Origin: Malacoraja senta
Taxonomy: Eukaryota
Direction of reading: 5' to 3'
NCBI GenBank assembly: GCA_038087875.1
Contig: JAXLNO010005895.1
Location: forward strand, 1-64,000
Length of the DNA: 64,000 nucleotides
The position numbers were made by a program, and so were the translations under genes. The notes beneath the pieces were generated by a model, which saw only the letters and a program-made list of their open reading frames with translations, made no database searches and had not been told where the DNA came from. Below, piece by piece: positions 1-11,499 of this stretch (position 1 is its first letter; each line of letters starts with the position of its first letter).

Positions 1-2253
1 ACACAATGAAGAGTCTAAGCTTGCAGGGTATCAAACTGACCTATGAATGACTACAGTAGGAACTTCTAATATTGCACTCATTTTGAGCATGCACTGAATA
101 TGTTGAAACGAAGCCCTAACATCAGTCATCAGACGTTGCAGAATCTTCAGACCATTAATGGAGTAGGCCATGACTTTCATTCTGAAAGAAAGGTCTACAA
201 ACTCTGGCAGAGTCTTGTGCCAACCAGGTGCGACTCTTTCCTGCTCCTTGACAAGTAACATGGGCTTTACAACAGGTTTTCAGCTCACCAAGGGTTTAAT
301 TGTTCATGCTCATCCGCTCGATGACACCTTGTCTCAATCATCAACATTTCCTGGATCAGTGTCACATCCTGAACTGTCAATACTGCCTCCAGCCATAATA
401 TGCCTCCCCTTTAGGAGGACCGGGCTTGCTTTAACTGTAGCTAACCACAGCCATTCACAGTATTGTTCCCTTGTTGATGTATCCACCCATTCAACCATCC
501 AGTTTGGGTTGGCTGGTTCTTACAATCATTAATATATTCAGGCAGCACATCACTGGTAATCTTCCACTGCAAGATGTATGCATGTACTGTAATCCCAATG
601 CCCATATTGAATTTAGACCCATTATATTCTGTATAGATAACACATATAGATTTCTTATAACATAATTCAATTTCTTATTGCTTCTCTAAATATCTCTTTA
701 AAAGAAGCTACAGATGAGTTGTCGTCATAGTTCTATAGATTTCACTGAATCCTTTGTTACCAAGTTTCCTTTGTTTGCAACGGGCTGTGGGCGTTGGCAG
801 TACTTTTATTTTATAGACCACCATCATTGTCAAGTGCAATGTGATTCACAGCTTTATGTCCATCTACATGCAATTCTGCACGTTACTTGACTGATGGTGA
901 ACAGAAACCCACATTGACCTCCCTCCTGAACCCCAGAGGCTAAATGCAACACCCTTTTCACCCATCCTGCTTGTGATTAGTTAACTCAGTATAAAACACC
1001 TTAAAACCATGGAGCTAAATATCAAGGTGTTTCAGTTACCATATGCATAAATTAATCAGGCATTTTTGGCTGCCCTGAAATTGTTGATTTTAATGAGATT
1101 TATTTTAAGTATTTAATTTTTACTCTGACTTCATAGTTTCCATTGCATTGTTCTTGGGAGTCAAAACCACTAAATTGTATAGCAGCTTTCATACCACAGG
1201 TGTAGGCAATAGCCATGGAAAATATTTCCCACATTTCCACAGGCGATTGACACCAACAGCTGCACTGACTAAATCGACATTTTTATAAGTCCCTCAGTCC
1301 CAGAAACTTCCTGTTCTCACCAACACATTTAGTTTTTCATAATTCTTTACAAAACACTTTGAATTTCAAACTCCTTGTATATTTGGCATGAGTATTTTAA
1401 ATATATAAGACTGTGAATAAAAAATATCCCTTTTTTCCAGAATCTTTATTTTATTAGTACAGAAAAGGTTACCGTATGGAGAATATAAAATGTACTTGAA
1501 CAGATTGAACTTGTGTGGTAGTCAACTTGCAGAACGCAACCTCAATTTTGAATTTGCAACACATTTTGGGGAACAATAGAATGGAGGAAACAGTCATAGA
1601 ATGAAAGATATCAAGTATATCAATGTAATATTTTGTGTGCTAAGAACTGTATCCATTTCATTTCCACACTACCTATGAAAGGAAAAGGTGGGGTGGACAA
1701 TAACCTTTGGTGGCAAGAACCAACTGTTATGAAGTTCTCCCAATAGAAGATTATAATTAATTTATATTAATTAAATTGTAATAATATTCACTAAATTGCA
1801 TAATTTGTAAAAATACTAATTAAGAATGCAAAATGTTGCATTACAAATCAGAAAAGGAATCTGAAAAGGAAGAAGTCAAAAATAAGAGCAGTAAGCTTCA
1901 TCAGAATGGAAAAATATTTGCTGATGAAGAAAATCACCTTTGCAATACTGATTTTTAACAATAACAAATGAAATAAGAACATAAAATAAGTAGGAATAGG
2001 CCATGTGACCCTTTGAACCTATTTTGACATTTCATATCATTAATGATCTTGTGCCTTCAGTCTATTTTCTTGCCCAAGTCCTTTAATCAGGTTGGGACTT
2101 CCAGGATTTTGATCCAATAACTGTGAAGAGATGGCACTATATTTACGTCGAGATGGTATTTGACCTGAAGGGGAACATGCACGGTGCAGCCAACTTTGAA
2201 AGTCCTTTGAAAGTGATACAGGTGGTGAATTGGGAAAGTGGCTTGAAGAACAA

Positions 2254-2545
2254 GGGTAGCACAGTTGTGCAGCGGTAGAGTGGCTGCCTTACAGCACCAG
2301 AGACCTGGTTCAAAACCCGGGATCTACGGGTGTTGCCAGTACTGAGTTTGTATGTTCTCCCCCTGACCGCGTGGGTTTTTCCCGACTGCTCCAGTTTCTT
2401 AAAGGTTTGTAGATTAATTGGCTTCATTAAGAATTGGAAATTGTCCCAAGCATGTAGGATAGTGCGAGATCATTGGTTGGAGCTCACTCAGTGGGACGAA
2501 GGGCCTGTTTCCACCCTGTATGTATAAACTAAAAACTAAACTAAG
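2254..2545 (+). mobile_element. tRNA-derived SINE (HE1/V-SINE-like)
   Basis: A/B-box-like head (GCGGTAGAG...GGTTCAAAACC), V-SINE-like core GAGTTTGTATGTTCTCCC, CR1-like tail GAAGGGCCTGTTTCC and AAACT repeats. Confidence 0.8.
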
Positions 2546-3583
2546 AAGCATTGATGAGTTGTGGAACTTTTCTTTTGGAGACTGCATTCTTATCGTTAAC
2601 AATAACAAACTATTCACATGTAATACTAATGTGTAGGTTCATTGAGGCATGGCCAGATTGACAATTGAAAACTCTTCCAAGTGCATCTCATAGGAATTAG
2701 AATGAGAAATTATAAAACTCCTTGCTGTTATTCTGACTCATAGAGCCCAGCAACAATGTGCCAATCCCAACACGTACACTGGGATATCAGCTGCCAAAAC
2801 TGTGTCAGGTTAAACCTAGCACAGATTCAGTTAATCCATTATTTTCAAGGAATGGCTCTGAAGGATGTAAATAAGTTTGTGATAAATACCATGTTCTTAA
2901 TTAATTGAGTGAACTTAAATGTTTGGGTTTTTTAAACCATTTTCTAGTATCATAAATGGCATTTTAAAACTTTTTATACTTCAACTTGTTGTCAAATTAT
3001 TTCAGTAGGAGTGTATTGTTATTTTCAATTAGATCAATTTATACTTTGCAAGAGATAGCTTGAAGAATAAAATTGCAACACCAGTAGGGAGTGATTACCA
3101 AGGCACTTTGGGTGGACCACTCCCACACCATAGATATACCACAAATGTAAAAACCAACACAAAAGACTTGCATTAAATTGTATCTTACATGTGCCTAGGA
3201 CATCCAAAGTGCTTTACAACCAATTGAGTACCTTTGAGATCTCTTGAAATGCATCAGCCAATTTACACACTGCAAAGTCCCATGAACAGCAACAGATAAT
3301 AGATTTAATTTTTAATTTATATTAAATTTTAGCCACAGATAACAGTTGGCAGAATAGTAATTATTCTTCATTTGGATTATTGTGTTACCTTAATAATGCT
3401 GATACATCTTCAGTGTAGTAAATAGGCACAGTGGTGGCACAGTGGTAGAGTTGCTGCCTTACATCGCCAGAGACCCACGTTCAATCTTGCTGTCTGTATA
3501 GAGTTTGTATGTTCTCCCTGTGACCAAGTGAGCTTTATCCTGGTTCTCTGGTTTCAGTCATATTCCAAAGATGCAGAGATTTG

Positions 3584-3621
3584 TAGGTCTGAAGAAGGGT
3601 TTCGGCCCGAAACGTTACCTA
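3584..3621 (+). ncRNA. Minimal type I hammerhead ribozyme motif (PLE-associated)
   Basis: TAGGT-CTGAAGA-A-GGGT(TTCG)GCCC-GAAA-C-GTT^ACCTA: core boxes, stem II, NUH triplet, stem I TAGGT/ACCTA. Confidence 0.7.
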
Positions 3622-3717
3622 TTTCCTTCGCTCCATAGATGCTGCTGCACCCGCTGAGTTTCTCCAGCATTTTTGTGTACCTTCGATTTTCCAGCATCTG
3701 CAGTTCCTTCTTTAACA
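3589..3717 (+). mobile_element. Short Penelope pLTR-derived insertion with 15-bp TSD
   Basis: Matches the 3' end of the Penelope copy at ~22035-22160; TSD CAGAGATTTGTAGGT at 3574-3588 and 3718-3732. Confidence 0.85.
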
Positions 3718-4719
3718 CAGAGATTTGTAGGTTAATTGGCTTCTATGAATTGTACCTAGTGTATGGGTGATCGATGGTCAGCACAGATTTGGTGGGCCGA
3801 ATGGCCTGTTTCCACACTGTATCTCTGAACTAAACTAAGGCATCTTAACAGTGTAGCATTTGCTCAATACAGTCATGAAATATTCATCAAGACTTTGTCT
3901 TTAAGCATCTGGAGGGTAACTTAAACCAACAATCTACAAAGTGAGAATTCTACACCTGAGCCAAAATAGTGCTGACTGAAATCTAGGTCTGAAATTATAA
4001 TAGAATGAAGCTGGAAATTTCAATCATTTGGAATCCAATTCTGGACAATGTACAGATTTGGGATGTTTTTTTGGCTTTGGCCATCACTAGTCCACACACT
4101 TTTTCCCTCAATATAGACTGATGTTTTTTAATTTGTTCAGCTGTGAAGAAACTGCTGCTCAATATAAATGGTGGTGATACTTCAACAATATTACTGTGAA
4201 AAAAAATTTGTAGCCCAGGTTACTGCAAGCCAGAACTTGATTCCAAATCTGCATTGTAAGCTTCTACTCAGTTTTTCAGTGAATTCATGTAAATCACAAA
4301 AAGAAACCATTTAACATCCTCCATGTTTTCACATTTTTACAAATGGATTCAATTGGACTCATTCCTCTCAATCATCTATTGCATTCATGTACTTTTTTAA
4401 ACTTTATAAATGTCTGCCTCCATTATGTTATTTGGCAGAATATTTTAAATCACACTATTGGCTTCATCATCTGTGTCTGCACACCCCAACGACTGCCATT
4501 TCAGAGGGATTACCTCAGGCAAAGGAGGGACAGTCAGAGGGAGTGCCCAGGTCAACATCTGGGCAATGCCAAGTTCCTGGGTTGACATTGGGCTAACCCG
4601 ATTAATTGGCAGCAGCCAAATCTGGCTGAATAATTGGGCTTTTATTGAAAGACAATTTCTCCTCATTTCCCCTCTGGTTCGGTCAACTACTTGAACCTGT
4701 GACATCTGCTTACCATAAG

Positions 4720-5530
4720 TAACAGGAGCAGCAGTTGGCTAATTAACCTCTCGATGTTGCCCTGCCATACAGAAGATCATGACTGATCAAATTTTGGCCT
4801 CAACATAATTTTCTATTCTCCCTATATCACTTGACTTCCTTGTAGTTTAAAAGTCTGTCAATTCTGCCTTGAATATTCTCTCTAAGAAGAAACATCTGTC
4901 TGAACTCTAGCAATCTCCTTCAAAACTTTATTTGCTTTCATAAAATCATCTTTCTTTTTTTCTATATTGTGATGAGTTTAAGCTTAATATTTCTTCATTC
5001 ATCAACTCTTTCATAGCAGGAATCAATCTTGTAAATCTTCTCTCTGCTGCCTCCAAAGCAAGTATATTCTTCATGAAATAGGGAGGACAAATCTATACAC
5101 AATACTCCATTCATACGTAATAGCTGGTGTATCTTCACCAGCTTCCTGTTAAATAATTTCAAAACCTTGTTATTTCTATGCCCTATATCCCTTGCAATGA
5201 AGGCCAACATTGCATTAGCATTCCCAATTACTTACTCTACCTGTCTGCAAACTTCTATCTCATGTACCCACAGATCCCTTTGCGCGGCAACATTTTGAAG
5301 TTTCAATGTATTTATATAATTTACTTTTTCTTTCTTCATTCCAAATTTGACAACCTCACATTTTCTCATATTATACTCCATCTCCAACTTCTTGTCGATT
5401 CAATGGTTCCTTTGTAAAATCTTTGTACACTCCTTTTAACTTGCTAAGTCACTGCTCTTTGTAACATCAGCAAACTTGGCTTGACTACACTTTGTCCATT
5501 CATCCACATTATTAACTTAGATTATGAATA
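4720..5530 (-). mobile_element. Degraded CR1-type LINE 3' fragment
   Basis: Antisense similarity to CR1 ORF2/3' end (e.g. GTAACATCAGCAAACTT = FADV; TCCCTTGCAATGAAGGCCAACATT). Confidence 0.55.
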
Positions 5531-5829
5531 GTTGAGGTCCATTGAGACTGGGCAGAAGAGTGGGAATGTTCCTATATTGACCCTGTAGAGGGTGAGCCGT
5601 GATTCTGTTTAGCAGTGGAGGAGGTAGTCTCGAGGCACTAAATGATCAACTCCTGCACCTAATTCTTATATTCAGGTACTTGCTGACTCATGGAAAGCCA
5701 ACTCAGTGTGTGATCACACAAAATGGATGAATATTTGGGAACTGAAAATGTTGTCCTTTTGTTGACAACTCATAGAGGTAAAGAGAAAACAATGGGAAGA
5801 TCACCTCACCACCATTCCATTAAAAAAGA

Positions 5830-6032
5830 AACACAAGAGAATGCAGATGCAATGTTGGATTATTGAATAAAAAGCAACGTGCTGGAGGAACACAGCAGGT
5901 CAGGTAGCATCTGGGAGAAAATGGACAAGCAGCGTTTCAGGACAGGACCCTTCTTCAGACGGACATGAGAAGGGTTCTGACCTGATCTCATCTGTCCATC
6001 ACAGATGCTGCTTGACCCACTGAGTTCCTCCA
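5830..6032. mobile_element. Head-to-head inverted pair of Penelope pLTR fragments
   Basis: Minus copy ending CCCTTCTTCAGAC, then plus copy GAAGGGTTCTGACC...GATGCTGCTTGACCCACTGAGTT. Confidence 0.7.
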
Positions 6033-6049
6033 TTTATTTCCATCTTTAA

Positions 6050-6482
6050 ATGTTCCAATTTTAGGTAACTACCAAAACCCTCCCCCTCTTCCCCATGTAT
6101 CCTCTCCTCCTCCCCCTACGTGCTCCACCTGGACTCGCACCTATTTCTTCCTCCCCTCCCCCCTCTCTCTTCCTTTAGCTTCGCAATTCGCAACTCGTTA
6201 ATCCTTTTGTCTCACACCTGTCTTTTCATATCTGGCCTTTGTCCAACCACCTGCCTAGCAAAAACCCACTGCATCTGTATCAACCTATTCCCCGTCAGGC
6301 TTTATCCTGCCCCCAACCCTCCCCCCACCCTCTCTGCCAGCCATCTCTCGCTCCCCTAAAATCAGTCGGAAGAAGTGTTCCCATCGAAATGTCACCTATC
6401 CATGTTCTCCTGAGATGCTGCCTGACCCGCGGAGCTACTCTAGCACTTTGTTTCATCCTCCATCAGTTTGTTTTCTTATAAC
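6050..6482 (+). mobile_element. Penelope-like element 3' end
   Basis: TCCAATTTTAGGTAAC, pyrimidine-rich 3'UTR, degenerate HHR box and GAGATGCTGCCTGACCCG tail; reverse-complement relative at ~11620-12060. Confidence 0.7.
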
Positions 6483-7577
6483 TCCATTAAATATTTCCTG
6501 ATCTACCTACTACAGAATCCGTGCATCCCACACTGGTCTCGAAACCACTTAGAAAAGAGAAAGATATTTTAACTTGGGGGTGATGGAGCGAGTTGGTGGG
6601 GGCATGGTGAATGGAAATCATCTTCAGGCCGATCTTATCTTCAGCTGTTATTAGCACTCCCTAGTAGGGAAGTCCCCAGGAGGCGAAGGATTTTCATTAC
6701 TCTAACCCAGGAACTCCAAAGTTAAATGTAGAACCCCGCCGAGGAAACTCAGCAGACCATGAACACAGTTGGACATTTTGTTCAATGTTTTCTCAACGGC
6801 ATGTTTCCATTACCAACTGAGACACGGTGGGAGGCAGGGATACAATGTTCAAAACAATTAGAAACGTAATGTCTGAGAAAAAAATGTGCTGATGTTTTTC
6901 GTAGTGCGTTTGTACTGTAGCAAGGACACCTTATTAATTATTCATGAATTAATTGTTAGTAAAGCATAACAGATCGCAAATCCACATAAACCGCATTGCA
7001 AAACAGACATGAAATGCGAACTTTGAACAATTATTGAGGTTTCTGAATAAAACGTGTATGGTTAAGAGAAAAAGCAAATACAAAGTTGTTTACTTACGAG
7101 AATATATGCGAAAAGTAAAACAGACATATATTTGCTTTACCTTGCACTTCTTGTTTCTACATATTATGCAATCTTAAAGAAAGCAAAATGTTTGTTTTAT
7201 TTCTGCTCCTTGCAAGAAGGTGCAAAATGTAACTCAAACACGAATCATTTGTGATGATTGACTTTTAATTTCTAATTCTCTGCACCACTTGAAGGTGCTA
7301 ACTAGTTGCAGCATCTCAGCATCAAAGGACGAGGAAAATAAATCGTAACATTGAACAATCCAGAGCTAACAAACGTGCAAAGAGACACGTAAAGATGCAA
7401 GGCACCAGTAAAACGAGTATGTTTTGCGAATGAACACACGGAGGGTTACGACAAAATTACTAACGATACAAAGTGCTGGGAGTAACTCAGTGGGTCAGGC
7501 AGCATCTCTGGAGAATATGGACAGGTGACGTTCAGGTCGGCACCCCTCTTTAGACATTCTATTACAATTTACTAACT

Positions 7578-7930
7578 TTAGGGGCGTGGTAACCAAAAAG
7601 TGCACTTCCAACACTCGGGTACTGTACCCGTCATAACTTCAACGTTAGGGCGTGGTAACCAAAAAGTGCACTTCCAACCAAAGATGCTCCTCTAGTATCT
7701 TTGCTTCCAACACTCGGGTCTTGCACCCGTCATATCTTCAACGTTAGGGGCGGGGTAACCACAAACTGCACTTCCAACCCCCACCCAGGTATTGCACCCT
7801 TCATGACACCTACTCTTAACATACATGTATGGGCGCGCACTGTGGACCCTTCATAATTTCAACGTTAAGGGAGAGGTAATCACAAATTGCACGTACAACC
7901 CTCACCCAGGTATTGCAACCTTCATAACAC
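7578..7930. repeat. Degenerate tandem repeat, ~4 units with a ~67-bp core, just upstream of the promoter
   Basis: Recurring TTCAACGTTAGGG(G)CGTGGTAACCA...TGCACTTCCAAC...GGT.TTGCACCC.TCAT units starting ~7578, 7645, 7744, 7865. Confidence 0.85.
7679..7703. mobile_element. 25-bp TIR mini-element with 8-bp TSD (hAT-like)
   Basis: CAAAGATGCT-cctct-AGTATCTTTG flanked by CTTCCAAC (7671-7678 and 7704-7711); the adjacent repeat unit shows the empty site. Confidence 0.7.
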
Positions 7931-7959
7931 CTACCCTTTGCATATATGCATGGTCGCGT

Positions 7960-8052
7960 AATGCGGCCTGGGAACTGTAGTCCTGTCGGCACACACCATG
8001 ACGGCACGGGCAAGCCCGCCCGACACAGCAACTACTAATACCAGCATGCACC
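7960..8052. promoter_or_regulatory. Two divergent ZNF143/Staf (ACTACA-extended SBS) motifs
   Basis: Minus strand ACTACAGTTCCCAGGCCGCATT (7960-7981); plus strand ACTACTAATACCAGCATGCA (8031-8050); consensus ACTACAnnTCCCAnnnTGCA. Confidence 0.65.
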
Positions 8053-8454
8053 TGGCGGGACGGTCATGTGGGAATCAGCGCGGCCCAATGAGGGAGTGAG
8101 GGAGTGAGGGAGGGAGGGAGGGAGGGAGCAGAGCCGTGGAGTGGGAGGAGGCTGGAGTCGAGAGGAGGGTTTGTTCTCACTGCAAGGCGTCGTACATGGT
8201 CGTGTTCGTAACTGCGACAAATCGATAGCTGACTGGGATTTATCAAGTTCAGGACTTACCAACTTCCCTCCCAATCGTGTTTCACCGATAGTCTTTCATT
8301 TTTCTTGCGAGCAAGATATTTGGTGACGAGAATCCGTAGTTTAAACGGTGGGGAATTCGTGGTTTAGGGGGGTGAAGAAGAGAGAAGAAAAACTCTCATA
8401 AAGAAAACTAAGGTGGTGTGGGGGTTGAGGAAAGCAATAAGAGAGAAGCGAAGG

Positions 8455-8669
8455 ATGCCTTGGATGCGGAGGTGGCCGTTGAGCTCGACCCTGTTGCTGC
8501 TGCTCGGCGCGGCGCTCGCTCTGCTCTGCGCGCCGGTCCCGGCCGCCGTTGCCCTGGAGCCGCCTCGCGCCTGCCCGCCCCGCTGCTCGTGCAGGGCTGA
8601 GCTGCTGGACTGCAGCCGCTGCAAGCTCAGCCGCCTGCCTCACCCGCTGCCCGGCCGCATCGTCCGCCT
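8455..8669 (+). CDS. LRIG3: LRIG3 exon 1 (signal peptide + LRRNT)
   Basis: MPWMRRWPLSSTLLLLLGAALALLCA...CPPRCSCRAELLDCSRCKLSRLPHPLPGRIVRL; donor GTGAGT at 8670. The start could instead be the in-frame ATG at 8464. Confidence 0.9.
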
Positions 8670-11499
8670 GTGAGTATGCACCCATGCAAACTTTCCCCAT
8701 TCTTTTCCACTCCATTCCATCCTTCCCCGAAACATTTCTCTCTCTCGCCCCCCCACCACACAATTAAAAACAAAATCCGAGTTTTGTAATGGAGAGAAAA
8801 CGCATTCATTCGTGTTTTGGCAAACGGGACTTTTGTTGCATTGCCAAGTTCCCATGATTTGCTGCCGATTTGCCTGAAAACTTGACCACGAAAGGTGGAT
8901 TTCTCCTTCGAAGATGTACATCTGCACCCCGCACAAATGTGGTTTACAACTCTTGGTTAAATCGATTACGGTTTTCTTAAAAATAAAACTTCCCCGTAGA
9001 GTTGAGATGTCGTTGAGATTCGAGTGCTCTGGCAAAATGTATGCTTCGGGTAAAGATCCTGGTGCCTTTGGATGCCCAAGTGCAATTTGTATTGGACATT
9101 GCAACACATATTGTACTTGGACAACCAAAGAGTATTCCCCCTAATGCACTTGGAGATCCAGTTACGACGCTCGAAGTCATAGTATAAGCCAGTTAAATTA
9201 CAGTTGTAACATTTTGCATTCGAGATGTAAATGATCAAGTAATGCTTCCGTTTAACGATGCCTCCGATTTGGTTGCTCTTTGTGGCAATTTAGAGTTTTC
9301 ATCGCAATTATGTTTATTAAAATGTAACGTTTAAGGCAAAAAGAGAAATATATAGTGTGAGATGCTTCCTCCTGTGGAACCGTTTATTGTGTAGTTTTAT
9401 GGCCACTTGACTGAAGTGGAAGAGTGCTTAGTACATCTGGATTTGCGACCGAAAGGGCAAAGGTCCTTTGTGGAAAGTGTAGGGGAGTCATTCAAATAGT
9501 GAGAGAAAAAAAGAATATGAGTTGAAATAATTAATATTGCTGGAAACTATAAAATAAATCAATAGATTAGTACTAACTTTTGCAGCGCTTCATCATTTGA
9601 CCATGTGCAGAGAGGGATCCAAATGTTGAACAAAGCAGGAAGACTTGCAATTAGTTGTGGCTAATTCCCTTCAAATTAGCTCATCCTGCAGTAATGCTGC
9701 CTTGCTCACGAAACATGAATAGCTCTTTCTTAAATGGACTTTGAAACTTCGCTACTCCAAACGGCATGCTATCGAAGAATTAGATATAAGTAAATTACAT
9801 GGATTTTCAAAAGTTGTTTGATTTGATTTGTAGAGAATGTTTCCTTTCTGAATTAAAACAAAATCAACTTTTGGTTATTTAGTGTTTGGTTTTAGCATGT
9901 TAAATCTGGCATGGGATAAATTTTGTTATTTTGCGTTTTTCCACAAGACTACAATAGAAGTATAATTTTAGGTAATTTAGTGTTTAGATGCAACACATTT
10001 GAAAGGGAAATTACCTGAAATTAAATAAACACAACTTTATCAAGCCCAAATTTTTATTAACTTGTTTTAAAACATCTTGAAATCTGATTTTAAAATATAT
10101 TAGACTTGGTAGAATTAATGGAACTCAAACTTGTGGTTGGGATTCCATTTTTATTAGATGCTGTAAAAAAAAAAGGTTTTGTTGCTTTAATGTTCCATTG
10201 TACATTTTCTGTGCACAAAATGCAACTGCTGGAACAACTTTTAGTATGTAATGGTTTTTGTTAATATTTCACACTTCAACGATGTTGATTTAGTAGCCCA
10301 GTTGGGGACACATAATTGTGATCACCCTTCAGAGAATTTGCGAGTGGCTCAAAAGAAAACATTCAGTATCTCTTCTGTTTACATCATACCTTGTTCATGT
10401 TACATTTCTAATGTCTCACTGTTAATCAAACACTTCCTGTAAAAAATAGTGTGTTGCTTTGGGATTGGGGATCAGTTTAATATAAACCTCTCATTGTCCA
10501 GGTGTAGCTAACACTGTATACTTGTAGTAATTTAATTTGGAAACGTTTTGGGCAATTCAGTCAGTAGTTCCAAAATCGACCCTTATTTGTTGTGATTCTA
10601 GAAATGAAGGTGAACATTTTAATTCCTTTTGTATTAACAACCAAAAATAAACTTGCATTTTGTACAAGGGCATTCCAAAGCCCTAAAGGGCCTTATGACC
10701 AATTTATTTTGAAGTATGATCATTGCAATTTTTTATAGAGAAGCAACTTACATACAACAAGATCTTACAAAGTCAAATGAAATACTTATTTGAAAATATT
10801 ATTTTAATGATTCAAACAAAAAAAAGTTCAGCTCACTTTGTCACCCATCAATGTTAATTCTTTTCTGCCGCTGTCGTATCTCTGATATCAGTACATCTTC
10901 AAAATATTCCTTACATCCACGATTATTTCCAGCGAGTGACATCCTGATGTGGATCGCCCTGACTTTATTATCCTCTTTTGCGCACCGACTGTCACATTCA
11001 TAATACATCTCAATGTTATCTGTGTTCTGACAGTTTTAAACAATTCACTAAAGCCATTGCTGTCTTTCCTGTTGTCTGGCTTCTAAAAATTCACATTCTT
11101 GTTCTTTAACTTATGTCATGATTTTACTCTTGATTTTTTTCATTTTCCTTTAATTAGCCTGCCCACATTGCTTAGTATTACTACCCATGGGTTAGTATTG
11201 TTAACCACTGTAGCCTGTTTGATATCTTCCACAAAACAATTTTAATTGAATTTTCTTTTATTTGCCTGCAAGAAGATTGGGAGTTGAACTAACTCTAACA
11301 TCTCTGCTGGGCTTCTTTGGCTTAACTATTTTCAAACAATACAATACCAGCCTTGTACATTTGAGATGTTCTATAATCGTTGTAGTTTCTGACTTTCAAG
11401 ATGCCTTCATTCTTTGTGGAAAATCTCGTGGTATTTTAATTCATTAGTTAATGCAAATCAATGAACGTGATTAAAACAAAATAGGTACTGTGAATGTGG

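Larger units (their letters stand above)
3426..3838 (+). mobile_element. HE1/V-SINE-like SINE interrupted by a Penelope-derived insert
   Basis: Same head, core and tail as 2254-2545; split at 3589-3717. Confidence 0.8.
3163..3962 (-). mobile_element. Old Deu-domain SINE (SacSINE1/AmnSINE1-like), interrupted by younger elements
   Basis: Resembles the recalled reverse complement of Deu-SINE (CAAAGTGCTTTACA...CAGCCAATTT.CACA..GCAAAGTCCCA..AACAGCAA; resumes GGCATC..ACAGTGTAGCA...CTGAGCC). Related fragments at ~10650-10810 and ~24625-24890. Confidence 0.55.
7940..8700. promoter_or_regulatory. CpG island / LRIG3 promoter and exon 1
   Basis: Strong CpG and GC enrichment against a CpG-poor background; CCAAT box ~8085; GGGA-repeat tract ~8090-8126. 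Confidence 0.85.

Noticed and set aside
1-2100. Short ORFs upstream of LRIG3 as a neighbouring gene
   Set aside because: No recognisable protein similarity or consistent splice pattern.
2254-2330. tRNA-like A/B boxes (also at 3426, 29580, 60510)
   Set aside because: These are SINE heads followed by SINE core and tail; they do not form a full cloverleaf.
7578-7930. Repeat-spacer-like periodicity resembling a CRISPR array
   Set aside because: Eukaryotic intron-containing locus; whole units are diverged tandem duplicates without unique spacers; no cas genes.
8341-9128. Antisense ORFs of 140-162 aa over exon 1/intron 1
   Set aside because: Largely a by-product of the GC-rich CpG island; no recognisable protein motifs.
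8670-10500. Alternative first exon, as recalled for a mammalian LRIG3 isoform
   Set aside because: No convincing ATG + signal-peptide + phase-2 donor found by eye.
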